From assembly GCA_020137815.1 (NCBI GenBank), contig CM035354.1:3410001-3474000 (forward strand): DNA of 64,000 nucleotides, written 5' to 3'. Positions within the stretch are counted from its first letter, which is position 1, and each line of letters opens with the position of its first letter. The notes under the pieces are model-generated. The model saw nothing but the letters and a program-made list of their open reading frames with translations, was not told the origin of the DNA and did not search any database. Both the position numbers and the translations under genes were made by a program. This document shows positions 12,977 to 26,200 of this stretch, in pieces. The DNA is from Hormiphora californensis. Taxonomy: Eukaryota > Animalia > Ctenophora.

Positions 12977-15657
12977 TCTCCCTCTCCCTCACTCTCTCTC
13001 TCTCTACTCTCTCTTTGTAAAAAGGGGCTTTGTTCCCAAGTATGCCCTCTTTTCACAAGTGTGCCCTTGTTACCCCCCTCATCGCCCCCACATCATGGTG
13101 TGAGCCCAAACAGTGAGCTGAGACGAGCAGGTCTTTATTCCTTATAAGGGCGTAATTAATTGACCAGCAGCGCAGTTCAAATAACCCGCCAAAACCACTG
13201 TAACTTGTAGTAGAGAGGATAGAAGAGAGAGAGCAGAAGAATAGTCAATAGCTATGATACGGAGAGAGAGGCAGAAAGGAGATAGAGAGAACTAGAGAGA
13301 AAGGGGGGGGGAGAGTACACTATATTTGTCATTCAGCGTCATCACTTGCAGTGAGAAGGGGAGGAAGTTGTACAGCAGACCTGGGGCAGACAGGCTGCCG
13401 CACACACAGAGGGAGGGAGTGAAGGAGTGAGACCCCCCTTCTCCTCTCCAGTAGTTCAATGACATGAATATTGAATGAGAAACGGGTATAGTCAAGAGTG
13501 TATCAAGACGAGTTTCGATCCATCGGGGATGTTTTATTAGGGAGCCAGTTCCTCCAGGTCCATAGCTGTTTCCCTCCCTCCCTCTAGAGGGAAGAAGAGA
13601 AACATATATTGCTCTCCCACTCCCGATCTTTCAGATGTAACATGGATTGGAAAGAAGCAGTGTTACACAGTATGCACCTATTTAATTAGATTGGGATTTA
13701 GGAAGTGCTGATTGGGGACGCCCAACAATGGTAAACGGGTGGTATAAAGATGATTGGGGTGGTTTAAAGCTGATTGGAATGGTAAGGGGAGACGATAGGG
13801 TGTGGTTAATAAACCTATTATCACTGCGCTGGCAAGCGCAAAGGTGGCCCCATCCCATCCCCCCAAAAACTTTTCCCCAAAAAGTGGGCCCGCTTGCCAA
13901 CAGCGTAGATATAACAATTTTGAAGTTTTAGCCCATTTTGGCACTTTTCGACCCCTCCTAACTCCGGAACCAGATGAGCTAGGAGGCTGAAATTTGGTAC
14001 TAAGAAGCTTCACATAGACCTCTACTGACGGTAAAAATTTGAAGTAGCTAGCTCAGTCCGGTCGCAAGTTATGACACCACCCCCAAAACAGAAAATTCAG
14101 TGTGGCGATAGGTATATATATATATATAGATAGATATATAGATATAGACGCTTCACTGTGTAACACTTGTAGCCCGAACCATACTAATTAGAGACTTGAA
14201 CCAAGTTTTATCCGTTAGGAAATCGTTCGGGGCATGCATTAGTTAAGGTTTCAAGTGAAAATATCCACTATGACGACCGTAGTGACGTCACAAAGTGACG
14301 TCATTGAAAAATCTCAGACCAAATATTTTTAAACGCCTCTAACACCCTCAAGACGTATTCTGATTCCTGATTTGACGGAAAATCGTTAGTGGCAAATTGT
14401 CTGAACTTTCAGATACTAGATAGCGAATTTCTCTAACTTGTCATTTTTAGACCTTAAAACGCGTCGGAACTCAAAAATTTGATGTGAAAATCCACGAAAA
14501 AACTCATATTTCGTGCAATAACTTCAGTTCTTGACTACCATGGCCTTTAAAACTTTTCACACGTTTAGTGCTTCATTGGCCAAATAGTCTGCCATAATTT
14601 TTTTACGTCGTCGTGACGTCACATGTGACGTCACGACGTCAAAACGACGTCGAATTTTGAAAATTTCGTCAAATCAGTTTTCTACAACCCAGGATACATT
14701 TGAATTACATTTGAACACTTTAATTGACAATTATCTTAGTTGTTTGAGGTCATAAATGACCTCAAATGACCAAAAAAGAGTACAAATTTAGAGCAAAAAC
14801 TAATTGAAATTAGTTCGCCAGAAAGGTGGCCCATTTTGAACTTACTCCTTCATTTCCGTCACCTTTGAGTTTAAGGCGGAAAAGTTTACGGATTCCTCAA
14901 TGTCTTTGAAGACTCAACTCAAAGGTGACAGAAATGAAGGAGTAAGTTCAAAATGGGCCACCTTTCTGGCGAACTAATTTCAATTAGTTTTTGCTCTAAA
15001 TCCTATACCACAATTTACACACTCTCTCCTCCTTATATCTCCGTGTGTAAAAGAGATCCGCACTACAACCGTGCACTATAAAACACAGAATGAGAGGGTT
15101 ACAGAAGGGAATGCCGGAGGGGGATGTGTATAAAGCTGCGTGCTAAGTGGTAATCCACTGTATAGAATAGCAAGGAGTCTCTCATTTACAGAGGTCCACT
15201 ATATTTCACTGCCCCACACCGCACTGTGTGTAAAACCATTGAGGGGGTGTGTAAACTTCCGCTATTCTACCCAGTAGTCAGTACCCACCCTCAGCTTCAG
15301 TGTTATACATTAGAACTTGTGATATAGTGAAACAGGGAGATTTTCGTCATGGTATTAGTTACGTGTCAATTTGAAATCGGTTATAAGTGAGTGTTGAGGA
15401 ATTAATTTGTTGCCAAGTTAGACTGTTTTGTAAAATAAAAGAGTTTGTACAAAACAATTAATTTGGAGGTTTTGTTCATCCATAAGAATCTCAGCCCCCC
15501 CCCCCCCCCCCCCCCTAAAGAAGATCTTAGTTGGAGTGTGGTGCTTGTTAGTGTCAGTAGTTGGCAACATACTGCACAAGCGTGCCCCCCCCCCAGTTGC
15601 TTCTTACACATGCACTCATTTCCTGGTACGAGCCCCCTCTTTTTATCTCTTACTGCC

Positions 15658-15721
<64 letters not shown>

Positions 15722-18700
15722 CCCGCTTCATGATACCTCTCAGGACGGGGTACCTTAGCTTGCTTCCGGGACCCCATAGAATGTTTATCGAGACGTAGGA
15801 GAGAGAAAGTGAGAGACAGAGAGAGAGGGGGGACGGGGCATACGGGGAGAGAAAGAAGGATAAGAGAGGTGAGGTGTGTGGTATTACCACCACACCCTAT
15901 CCCACTAATGTCCCCCATCATTACCAACAACCCTCACTAGGTGTCGACTGCAGAAGGCCCACCATCCCTCACGGTACCCTAACATCTGAAGGGCCCATAA
16001 CTCCAGACCGCAGCCTTACCATCCAATGTGACAATAACTACAAGTTATCCCACCAAAATCCTGTAACTTGTGTCAGTAAGGATACTTACAGTTCTGCCCT
16101 TCCGTCATGCAACCGTGAGTATTATAATAGCGTGTCATATTGGCCAATGACCAACAAGTTCATTTTCCAATTCATTGCAGATTAAATTTATTGAAACTTC
16201 ATGTTCCGACTTGCTGTAACGCGCGAGTGCTCTCTACAGGGTAGTGGGAGGGTTTTACAGGGCGCGCGCGGGCCCCTTGAATCAGCCGGGGGCCAGCCAA
16301 AACCTCTCCCTCACTACGCCCACACATTTCCACATCAAGGGTGCTGAAAGATGCAATGGTTTCCTGTCGAGCCCACGAGTCTGCAGTAGGCAGTGCATAA
16401 TATGCCAAATTTATTCAGTGATATCCATCACGTACATAGAAGAAAGAACGTTGTTTACTATTAGATCTAGAAAAGGGAATAAGATTCTTCTAACTGTCCC
16501 CCTCTCTTTCAGCTAAGCCGTGTCCTCAAGCTGTATTTATTGTTAACCACGGTACAGTGCGGGTCACAAGTGACATGGTATATCCTGGGGAGAGAGTGGT
16601 AGTGAGCTGTGATGTGAATTATGAACTACAAGGTAGCAGCTCAATAACATGTATTGCTGGGACTGAAACATCAGAACAACCCTCTTGTGCAGGTGAGTTA
16701 TATAACTAACTGTTTGAACCTGGGGGATTGTGGAGACAGTACGAACAGTTCATGTAACCGTTGGTGAAAACTGAAATTATGTATGTCTGCTCTAATTTGC
16801 TTGACAGTGGAGTAAGAATGGACTTTACGGCACTTGAGATACATCTGAATTCACTTTTTATTCCTTATAGCTCCCACCCTCTCCACCCTGCTAACTCCCA
16901 CCATCTCTTCAGCAATGGAGTGTCCTGAGCGTCGTGTTACACACGGTTACACACAAAGAACTAGACCAGGAGGGGAGATATCTCTGGTTTGTGATTCTGG
17001 TTACTATCCCAATGGTCCTAACCCTATTTGTGTTGCGGGAACTGAGATAAATGGAGATACACCAGAATGTCTTCGTAAGTTAATCTGATAATTTCACCTT
17101 TTTTGGTACTAAGCTATGGCGTACCAGGTCTCATACCACCCGTGTATTATTATAGACGGCATAGCCTGAACCCTTTTAGTTCTTACTTCTTATGAATCTT
17201 ATATTAAAACCAGCCTGTTTCACAAAAACTCTTTGACTAAATCAAATATCCCTCACAAATACATGAATCTTCTACTACAACCAACCTGTTTTACAAAAAC
17301 TATTTGACTTAATTCAATATCTCTCCTCTACAGCCCGAGCCTGTCGGACGCCCAGTATCTCACACGGCAGGGCCAGTCCCTCTCCCTCTATCTCCCCTGG
17401 TGATTCTGTTACAGTGCGATGTGACAATGCCAACTATCTACTCAGCCATACTCGCCTTGTAACCTGTGTTACAGAGGGAAGATTCAGTGAGGACCTACCC
17501 AGTTGTATTGGTGAGAGAAAGGGGTTGGAGAAAACATGAACAGTTTCACTTTCACTTTAGAACGTTTAGGTTGGTGAATGTTATTAACCACTATTCCCCC
17601 TCCTCCAGCTAAACCCTGTGTTGCGGGAGCCGTTATCAATTCAACCAATAGCCACGTCCGTTCCTACTTTCCTGCAAGTGATATCAGAGTGGTATGCAAG
17701 AAGGGATATCGTCTCTCTTTCTCCAATCCTGTGCAGTGTATCGCAGGATCTCTCACTGACCCTCCCTCTCTTCCTTCCTGTCATGGTTAGTGTATGAGTT
17801 ATGACATGAGTGATGTTATAATCATGATAATGGCTTCTCGTATTCTTACATAATACATACATTCATTCATGTAACATTTCATACACGCAACCACGGCTTC
17901 ATTCCGCCGAGTTTTCTGACAGCCCCGGTACTGCGCGTTTGTACTCTCTTCACAGTAATGTCGCCGCGCGCGACGCAAACAAACTTCTCCCCAAACATGG
18001 CCATGTTACATTTGCGAACTGTGCCGACCCACCCTACCAGTCAAACATTTCCCACCCAATCCTCCTGCTAACCCTTCCTTCTCTCAGCACAACCCTGTGG
18101 AATACCAAGTGTTCCACACAGTAACCTGAGAGGTGGTACCCGTCTGAATCCTAGCCGGAGTGTCACTGTACAATGTGACAATGGGTACAGCCTACAAGGA
18201 TCTAATAGGGTGACATGTGTCACTGATACTGTATACACTACACTTCCTCAGTGCATGGGTAAGTGCTATATTTGAAGTACAGAGTGTTTCCCGTGAAATA
18301 ATTGTTGGAGTGGGGTGGCTCGATTTTTATGTAACACTCTGTACATCATGTTTTGCTACTCACATTCTAATCACTTAACACTGTCTCTCGCACTATGCAT
18401 TATATTTATCATTTCTTATGTATCTATCCCACTGTAACAATAACTCCCTCCCCCAGCTTCGCCTTGCCCAGTCCCTGTCATCCCAAATGCCTACATCCCG
18501 GGTACTGGAGGCGAGGTGATGCCGGGAGCCTCATTGGGCATTATAACTTGCCATTCTGACTACACAATATCACACTCTGAAGTAGTGTCATGTGTTACCA
18601 GTAACCAGTTCTCACCAACTCTTCCCTCCTGTAATGGTGAGTCTTCCTATCTTGTCTCGCAATAGACTGTCCTGAGTCCTCTCAGTATCCGAGGCTTCGT

Positions 18701-21700
18701 ATAGTGTGCGACGATACAGTCGTGTAGAATTATATCCCCTGATTATATCATGACATGGTCAACCTAGTCGGTATAATAAATAGGAGGCTGTCTTTCTTTA
18801 TACTATCTCTATCTCTATCTGTCGCGTACTGGTATATTTGACAAATTGAGACCCTCATGCTACCCCTCGCCGCGTCATGATGCAGCATATCAGGGTACTA
18901 GGAAGGAGCAGCAAATTACCCCAAACCTAATTACAGTGCCCTTATAATCAAGTTAGTAGGATAATATTAGGATAATAAAGTTAGGATAGTATTCGTTTTT
19001 ATCATAGAAAATAATCCTGGGACAATATCCCCGGTTTTATAGACCCTTCTTCAATATAAATAACCTATTTCCAGACAAGGATTGCTCATTACCCAAGATT
19101 GTCAATGGTAAAGTTAGTCCTGGTATCTCATCCCTTGACCCCGGTGCGGTTGTTACAGTTACATGCAATCAGGGATATGATCTGAGTGGACCCTCCCGTG
19201 TTACATGTCAGAGAGCTAACACCTTCTCACCTCCCTTCACCTCAACCTGTCAAGGTAACTTCAAGGATAGTGTTGATGTACCTCATACGTCATTCTACCT
19301 CGAGCCTCACTTCACCTCATACCTCACTTTACCTCACTCCACCCCGCACCTCTAACCCTCCCTCTAACCTCGTATCTTACTCTACTCCTCTCCTCTCCTC
19401 TTACTCTACTCCTTACCTATAACCCCTCCCTCCCTCCCAGCACCATGTACCTCTAACCTCCTCCCTCCCCTCCCAGCACGGAGTTGTGTTCTAAGAACCT
19501 CCCCACGAAATGGCCGGTATCTCAGAACAACAGTAGCCCCTGGGGAGACAATAAGTGTGGTCTGTAACCAAGGCTATACCATCAACAACCCTGGTGCAGC
19601 TGTGTACTGTGTTACTAGAGGTGTCTATGAGAGAAATGGGGAGATAGTCACTGAGCTTCCTGCTTGCAAAGGTAACATGCCCCGCCACCCGTCCCGGTAA
19701 TATTCGTTTGTAGTTTGTAGCCCCTCCTAACGTGGGTCCCTTGTGATATGCAAAACTGATCTGTATGAGATGGGAAATTCAATCAATTCGATAGAGTTAG
19801 AAACTGATTCTAATCCTCGTCTCCCCAGCTAAGCCATGCCCGGCCCCCACCATCCCCCACGGTACCGCCCTGGGTCCTGTACAGCCCGGTACTGTAATGA
19901 GGATCACATGTCACCACGGGTATACTCTCTCCTCACGTAGTGATGTTAGGTGTGTAGCGGGTGCTACATTCAGTACCTCACCACTCCCTACATGTCAGGG
20001 TGAGTTTGAGGCAAACCATAGTTTCTAAATCCGATTCATTACCCTTCTATAAATCTATATTTCTCTCTGTGAGGCAAACTAAAAACAAACGTTAATTTCT
20101 AAATTAAATGTGGGGAGTAGCGGTTCAATTCAGATTTGTTTAAAACCCCTTTTCCCTGTAGCCCAGCGGTGCCCGTACCCCAAGAATATCCCTCATTCTG
20201 TACCGAGGACCTCTTCCATCCTCCCTGGCTCTATCCTGACAGTGACATGCCAGGCTGATTATGTCCTATATGGACCATCTCCCCAATGTGTCACACTGGA
20301 CACCTTTACTGGAGCCCTACCCTCGTGTATAGGTCAGTATATGCTGGGATTTTTTTGGGTAAAAGAAGTGTCAATTCATTAGGCTTTTCCTATGAGTTTT
20401 ATTTTACCCTCTCAAGCCTATTCCTCCCTAAAAGAGCTGCCTAATTTGACATGATTTGTCTGTTTTCAGCAAAGAGCTGTCTCCTCCCCTCGGTTGATCA
20501 CGGATCTTGGTCTAAGAGCCTTGTTTCCCCGGGGGAGACTGCCCATGTGACCTGTGACAATGGTTACACTATAACGGGTGTTGAGACAGCACGGTGTGTC
20601 AGTGGGTCAATCCTGGACAAGGCCATCACTGCCAAATGCATTGGTAAGATGTTGGGGGATTTCTAACAGTGCCTTGGGGGATTACTTGGTAGAACTGGGG
20701 AAGTGTTGTCGCTGTTAGGGAGGCCCAGGTCAAAAAGTTTGACAATACAGAAATCATGTTGCTTGAAGTTGGGACTTTTTCAAACTGGGGAGGGTGGCAG
20801 GAAGGTTTATTATGTGGGAATATGAGCTGTGTGAGCTGTGTACAATGTGTTACATTATCCATGCTGCTACCTGCTGCAGGGGTCCCTTAATGAATTTGAG
20901 TCTCCTGATGTTATACACCGGGGGAGAGTTTATGCATCATAACTCTAACGTAATATATTTTCAGAGAATTGTCGACCTGATGATGTCATAGTTCCCAATG
21001 GTTTCCTTGTTCCCATGGTTACCGGAAGTAGGACAGTTCGACCTGGAGAGGGAGTTAGGGTTCGCTGCAGGAAGGGATACACTCAGGAGGGGCAAACCGA
21101 GGAGGGACATTGTGTAACTGGAGCCCGTTTCGATCCGGTTACTTTTAGGGGCTGCAAACGTAAGTAGTAGGCCATCCCTCAGTGCAGTAACTATCACAAG
21201 GTTCTAAAATATTTTTTTCTCTCTCTCTCTCTCTATCTCATTCTTTCTCGCTCTCTCTCTCTCTCTCTCTCTTCCCAGTGACGTCCAATACAACATGTAA
21301 ATGATATTATTATTCTCGAAACTCCAATCAGTTATTTTCGTAACACCTGGCAAATGCAGAAACTAAAGATTTCTAATTATTGTCCCTGTCATTGACCCCT
21401 CCCTTCCCTCAGCTGCCCCGTGCCCACTACCAGTGGCCCCTGAGAAAGGAGCCTTCTCATCACGTGATACTCTGAACCCCGGGGAAGTTGTGCACGTGAC
21501 CTGTGAGGAGGGCTATGACGTCACAGAGCCGCCATCGTTTACCTGCGTAACAGGGGCCACCTTTCAACCGGCCACTGTACCCCAGTGTAGAGGTTAGTTG
21601 GGAGGATTTAAACAGGATTTAGGGAATGAATTTGGGCTGATTTAGGATTAATTGTTGATAGCATAAGGGGTGAATTATCAGGGATTATGTGATACACATG

Positions 21701-23222
21701 GCTTTGGACTATTAGACATTTGAGGTGGTACTTCTAGCATCATGGGTGTGGCGAGTTGGAAGTAGCAGATCTACCTAGTTCATCATGGAATTGTGGTGCC
21801 GATGATACTAATAACTTGCCACCTGGTCTCCACACATTCACAGCCTGATACGTGTCTTGTTCTGGGCCTGGCTTAACTTGTTTAACAAGACGTCTTGATT
21901 GATAATTTCGAGATAAACTCAAAGGGACATATATTACCCTGAATTTAGCTGACTGTATCACGCCGCTTCTTGTATTGGTAGTACCAATGTCCATCCTCAG
22001 GGATATTATAACCCTGAAGTCAGTTGAATTTAGGAATTTCTCTCATCTATAACAGCTTATATATTACATCATGCAGTCATGCACCTGCCAGTGATTTAGA
22101 TTTTAGAACCTGCCAGTGATTAAGAGTTTTCTATTCGATCCTTTTACTCGTTGCTCCAAAATCGACCCCTGGCCCTCTTAGAAAGACCTTAATTCGAGGG
22201 GGGGGGTTATCATGGTAACAAATGGTGACATATGGTGACTCATCTGACCATTTAGGGTATGTCACCATCACCATTTGTCACCATTTATCTCCATTTGTCA
22301 CCATTTGTCTCCATTTTTTGACGAAATATGCGGATTTCGGCAGAATTTCTTTAAAATTTTTAAAGAAATTTGATAAATTTTTTAAATTTCTTTAGACCGA
22401 TATATTTGTTTATTTAAAGTTGTTAACATGGCCATTCCGGATCGGCTAGTAGTGTTTTGGACCGCTAAAACTTCCCGAAAGTCACGTTGAGGGTGTACCT
22501 CCCTCGCACAACACATAAAAGCGCAATTAACTACCTGTGACCCCTTAATTACATCCAATCGACTTGAAACTTGGTAGAAGTGTCCCCCAGTGTCCCATAA
22601 CATCATATTATGTCCCATGACATCATATTATGCCTGTAGGAAGCTCCAGACAGAATGGTGACAAATGGTGACTCATCTCAAAATTTTGGTCATGTCACCA
22701 TCACCATTTGTCACCATATGTCACCATATGTCACCATTTGTCACCATGATTACCCCCCCCCCCCCAATTCGAGAACCCAGTTCTCTGCAAAGGGTCGAAA
22801 AGCAGGTGTCACTGAGTTCGGTTACTACTCTAGCTATAACCTTTAAAGTTTAAAGTTGTCTTACACGACTTATCTTCTTCACGCACACTCGAAGAAGGCC
22901 AAGGCATGGCTGTTTGTGAGACAACTTTGAGAGGGATCAGAGCACCCCCCCCCTCTCGATCAGACTGCAAGGATTTACCATCAACCACACCATTGCAGCA
23001 ACGGGGAAGACGAAGGCTGGGGGATATTATTATTTCCTATTACTCAAAGTAGGAATTGTGACATGTGGTTTGGTCATGTGACAAGGATCTAGTCACGTGA
23101 CATCTTGTCCCAAATGATTTTACTATTTAGCCGACAGTGACACCTCTCTCTGATATATAGTTCATTATTTCACCCCTTCTCTTACTGTCTCTTTCTGTTT
23201 TTCTTTCTCTCTCTCTCTCTCA

Positions 23223-23261
<39 letters not shown>

Positions 23262-26200
23262 ACTCTCATCCCCCTTTCCTACCTCTCACTCAATCTCAAT
23301 CTCGCACACTTCCTAAGTCCTAACATCTGCTTCCAATTTCTCCACTTATATTACCATGTATTTCTTTTTTACCTCTCATTTTTCCGCTCGAATCATATTG
23401 TTATGTGTTCAAACCGCTATTTAATCAAAACGGAGCTGTTGAAATTATGTTATGCTGATGAAGCTCTGTGTCAGATTTGCACTCGTATTATTTATTCTCC
23501 CTCCATCCAATCAATTCAGTTTTTAAGTCTTGTCTCACCAGTTGCTGGAATTTTTCATCCTGACGTTTACAGTAAGATGATCACACACACTATTTAGTCT
23601 CTTCCCATTTATTACTCTATTCCTTTGATACCATTGCCACTTATTCTCGCCTCGGTGTGAGCTCGATCCCAGTCGATGCACGACTCCGATTTCGCACTTG
23701 TGTCTATATCGCCAATCTTTTCCTCTCCCGCTGATGCTCTGGGGATCTCCCATTTTTTCGTTAGGACCAGTGACCTGACAGCAGTTCCCCAGCAGTTTAA
23801 ATAGAGTTTTGCCTGCCATCGCCTGCCATTAGCTGTCATTTTTGACTAACGAGACCCTCCCTTGCTGTCCTATTTCCCTATTTTAAACAGACATTCTCCT
23901 CTTGACTCTTATTTCCCCTATTTTAGTCACAACTGTTCTAAGGATTTTACCATGGCTCTCCCCTACACCCAAGTGGCACTCGGAATCCTTTCTCTCTACG
24001 CCCTCGTCACCACTCTACTTGGGTTCTTTGGGAACGCTATCGTCCTCTACTCCTCCTTCCGATACAACGCAATTCATCTAGACTCTGCCTCTCTAGTGTT
24101 TGTCCAAAACCTAGCCCTCGCTGACCTCCTGTATACCGTGATCGTCTTGTTTCCCTCCTGCATTACCTACCTTGCTAATGACTATGTGTTGGGGGATGTT
24201 TACTGTAAACTAACTGCCCAACTATCCTTCCTCCCTGGATCTGCCAACTGTCTGCTTGTCCTTACAATCACCTCCTACAAACTGAAGATGTTGATCACAC
24301 CCCTCCTGACGGTGTCGACCCGTGCTGCTCGTGGGTTCAGTGTGGGTGTCTGGTTGGTTGCACTCTCCCTTACATTCGTGTCACTCGGCTACAAGTCAAC
24401 CTCCTCCTTCAACCCTTATGCAGTGAGATGTCAAAGTTCTATCTACAGTAACGAAGATGCAGAGACTCTCTTTAAGATTCTCTACGCCATCATTGTTACA
24501 GCCCCCATATTCCTCATCACTATACTCAACTGTGTTATCCTGGTGATAGCGTGCCAAGCCTCGAGGAAACGGATCAGGAAGGGGATTTTAACCGTTGCTG
24601 CCCTCTCGGGACTGTTCATTGTTAGTCTGACACCCTTTACAGTTAGTACCTTTATGAAGGGGGAAGGAGAGACAGTCCCACCATTTCTAGATCTCATCGC
24701 TTCACATTGCGTCTTCCTAAACACGTGTGGAAACCCTCTACTGTACACTATAACCAATAGACGGTTTGGAAGGTACATCAGAACGGTAACGCTGAAGGGT
24801 TGTGGAAGAGGGTGGTGTGCTCCTACGACTGTATTCTCATCAACACATGGGGCTTCTTCAGACCGTGGGGGTGGCCCTCCCGAGACTACTACAACGAGAG
24901 GGTATGTTTCTGGAGGATGTGTTCCTACATTGGTCGTCACCAAACCTGAGAAGAAAGAGGGAGAAGGAGATAAACCTGATCAATCAACTCCTGCATCGGC
25001 CATACAGGATAACTCTGCCGTCTGACAGTTCGAATACTAATTGAATTCTTTGTGTCTTGATTATTTCATCTTTTGGTTTGGAAAAATTTACTGTTTTTAT
25101 GTTGTCAGAATAAATTTAGGACAAAAAGGTTTAGGGGTGAAAGGTTGTCATCTAATCATGTTTTAATTATCATCCTTTCAGCTCGTCCCTGTCCTATCCC
25201 GCGGATAGAGTTCGCTAAACCCAAAAGCGACAGAGCCTTCCTGCAGCCTAATGAGAAATTGGAGTCCGAGTAAGTTGGTTTGTCTGTTCGACATACGTTC
25301 GTACATACATTTCCTGTAATACATTCCCTTCCCTCCGTTCACTCTCCTGTCTCCCTCTCTCTCCATCCCCTCGTTAACTCTCTATCTCTAATGTTATACA
25401 CATTACACAGACCACTCACAAGTTACTAGACTACTCTCCCCTGGTGTCATAATGCAGCAAATATTCGGCCGATTATTACAAAGATAGAGAGGGATCATTA
25501 AGATTGTTAATCGCAAGTAACATTCAACCCTGATCCAGAGAAATTGACAATGACCATCTCTTGCCAACCAACTAAAATGAAACTTCCTCACTCTCAGTTG
25601 TGACAGTGGATATTACAATAATGCTAAGAGGAACGTGTTCTGTATAACTGGAGAAACTCTGTCTGCTCCCCTACCCGTCTGTAAACGTAAGTAACAATGA
25701 AACTCTAAAGTTTTTGCGCTATCCGATAATTCTAACTCCTCTACAGCTGTCGATTGTCCGCCTCCCACGATACGTTTCGGGAAAGTGCATGGGTTAACGA
25801 AGCCTGGTGAACAGCTCAACATAACGTGTGATCCTGGACTAAAGCTGATTGGGGAGAGTGTGATAACGTGTGTGACAGAAAGACGGTACCGTCCATCTGA
25901 CCTTCCTACGTGTCAAGGTAATTTGGGAGAAATGCTGGGTTGGAGGGCCAGGGATCCAACAGAGAGAGAAAGAGAGAGAGAGAGAGAGAAGGGGGTGATA
26001 AGTTTAGGACAGCTGCAGCCTGAATACATAATTTCTCTCACGTGGCCCAAGACATAATCCTAATTTCTCATATATTCCTAATTTCCCGGAGAAGATTTTG
26101 GAAAGTTCTAGACTGGGCGAGAGATTACAATTCTGATAAGGCTGGATTTAAACAGAAATCATTAAAATACTGAATACACCCAGCGTGTCATTACATATTC

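Noticed and set aside
14786-15001. pre-miRNA
   Set aside because: The arms are too long and too perfect, and the hairpin abuts transposon-like DNA; a MITE or foldback is more likely.
21592-23952. Spliced CCP-GPCR fusion (adhesion-type receptor)
   Set aside because: The host donor is phase 1; the AGs upstream of the GPCR ATG (23890, 23926, 23942) are phase 2, 2 and 0 in the GPCR frame.
23952-25025. Opsin
   Set aside because: No Schiff-base lysine in TM7 (SHCVFLNTCGNPLLY).
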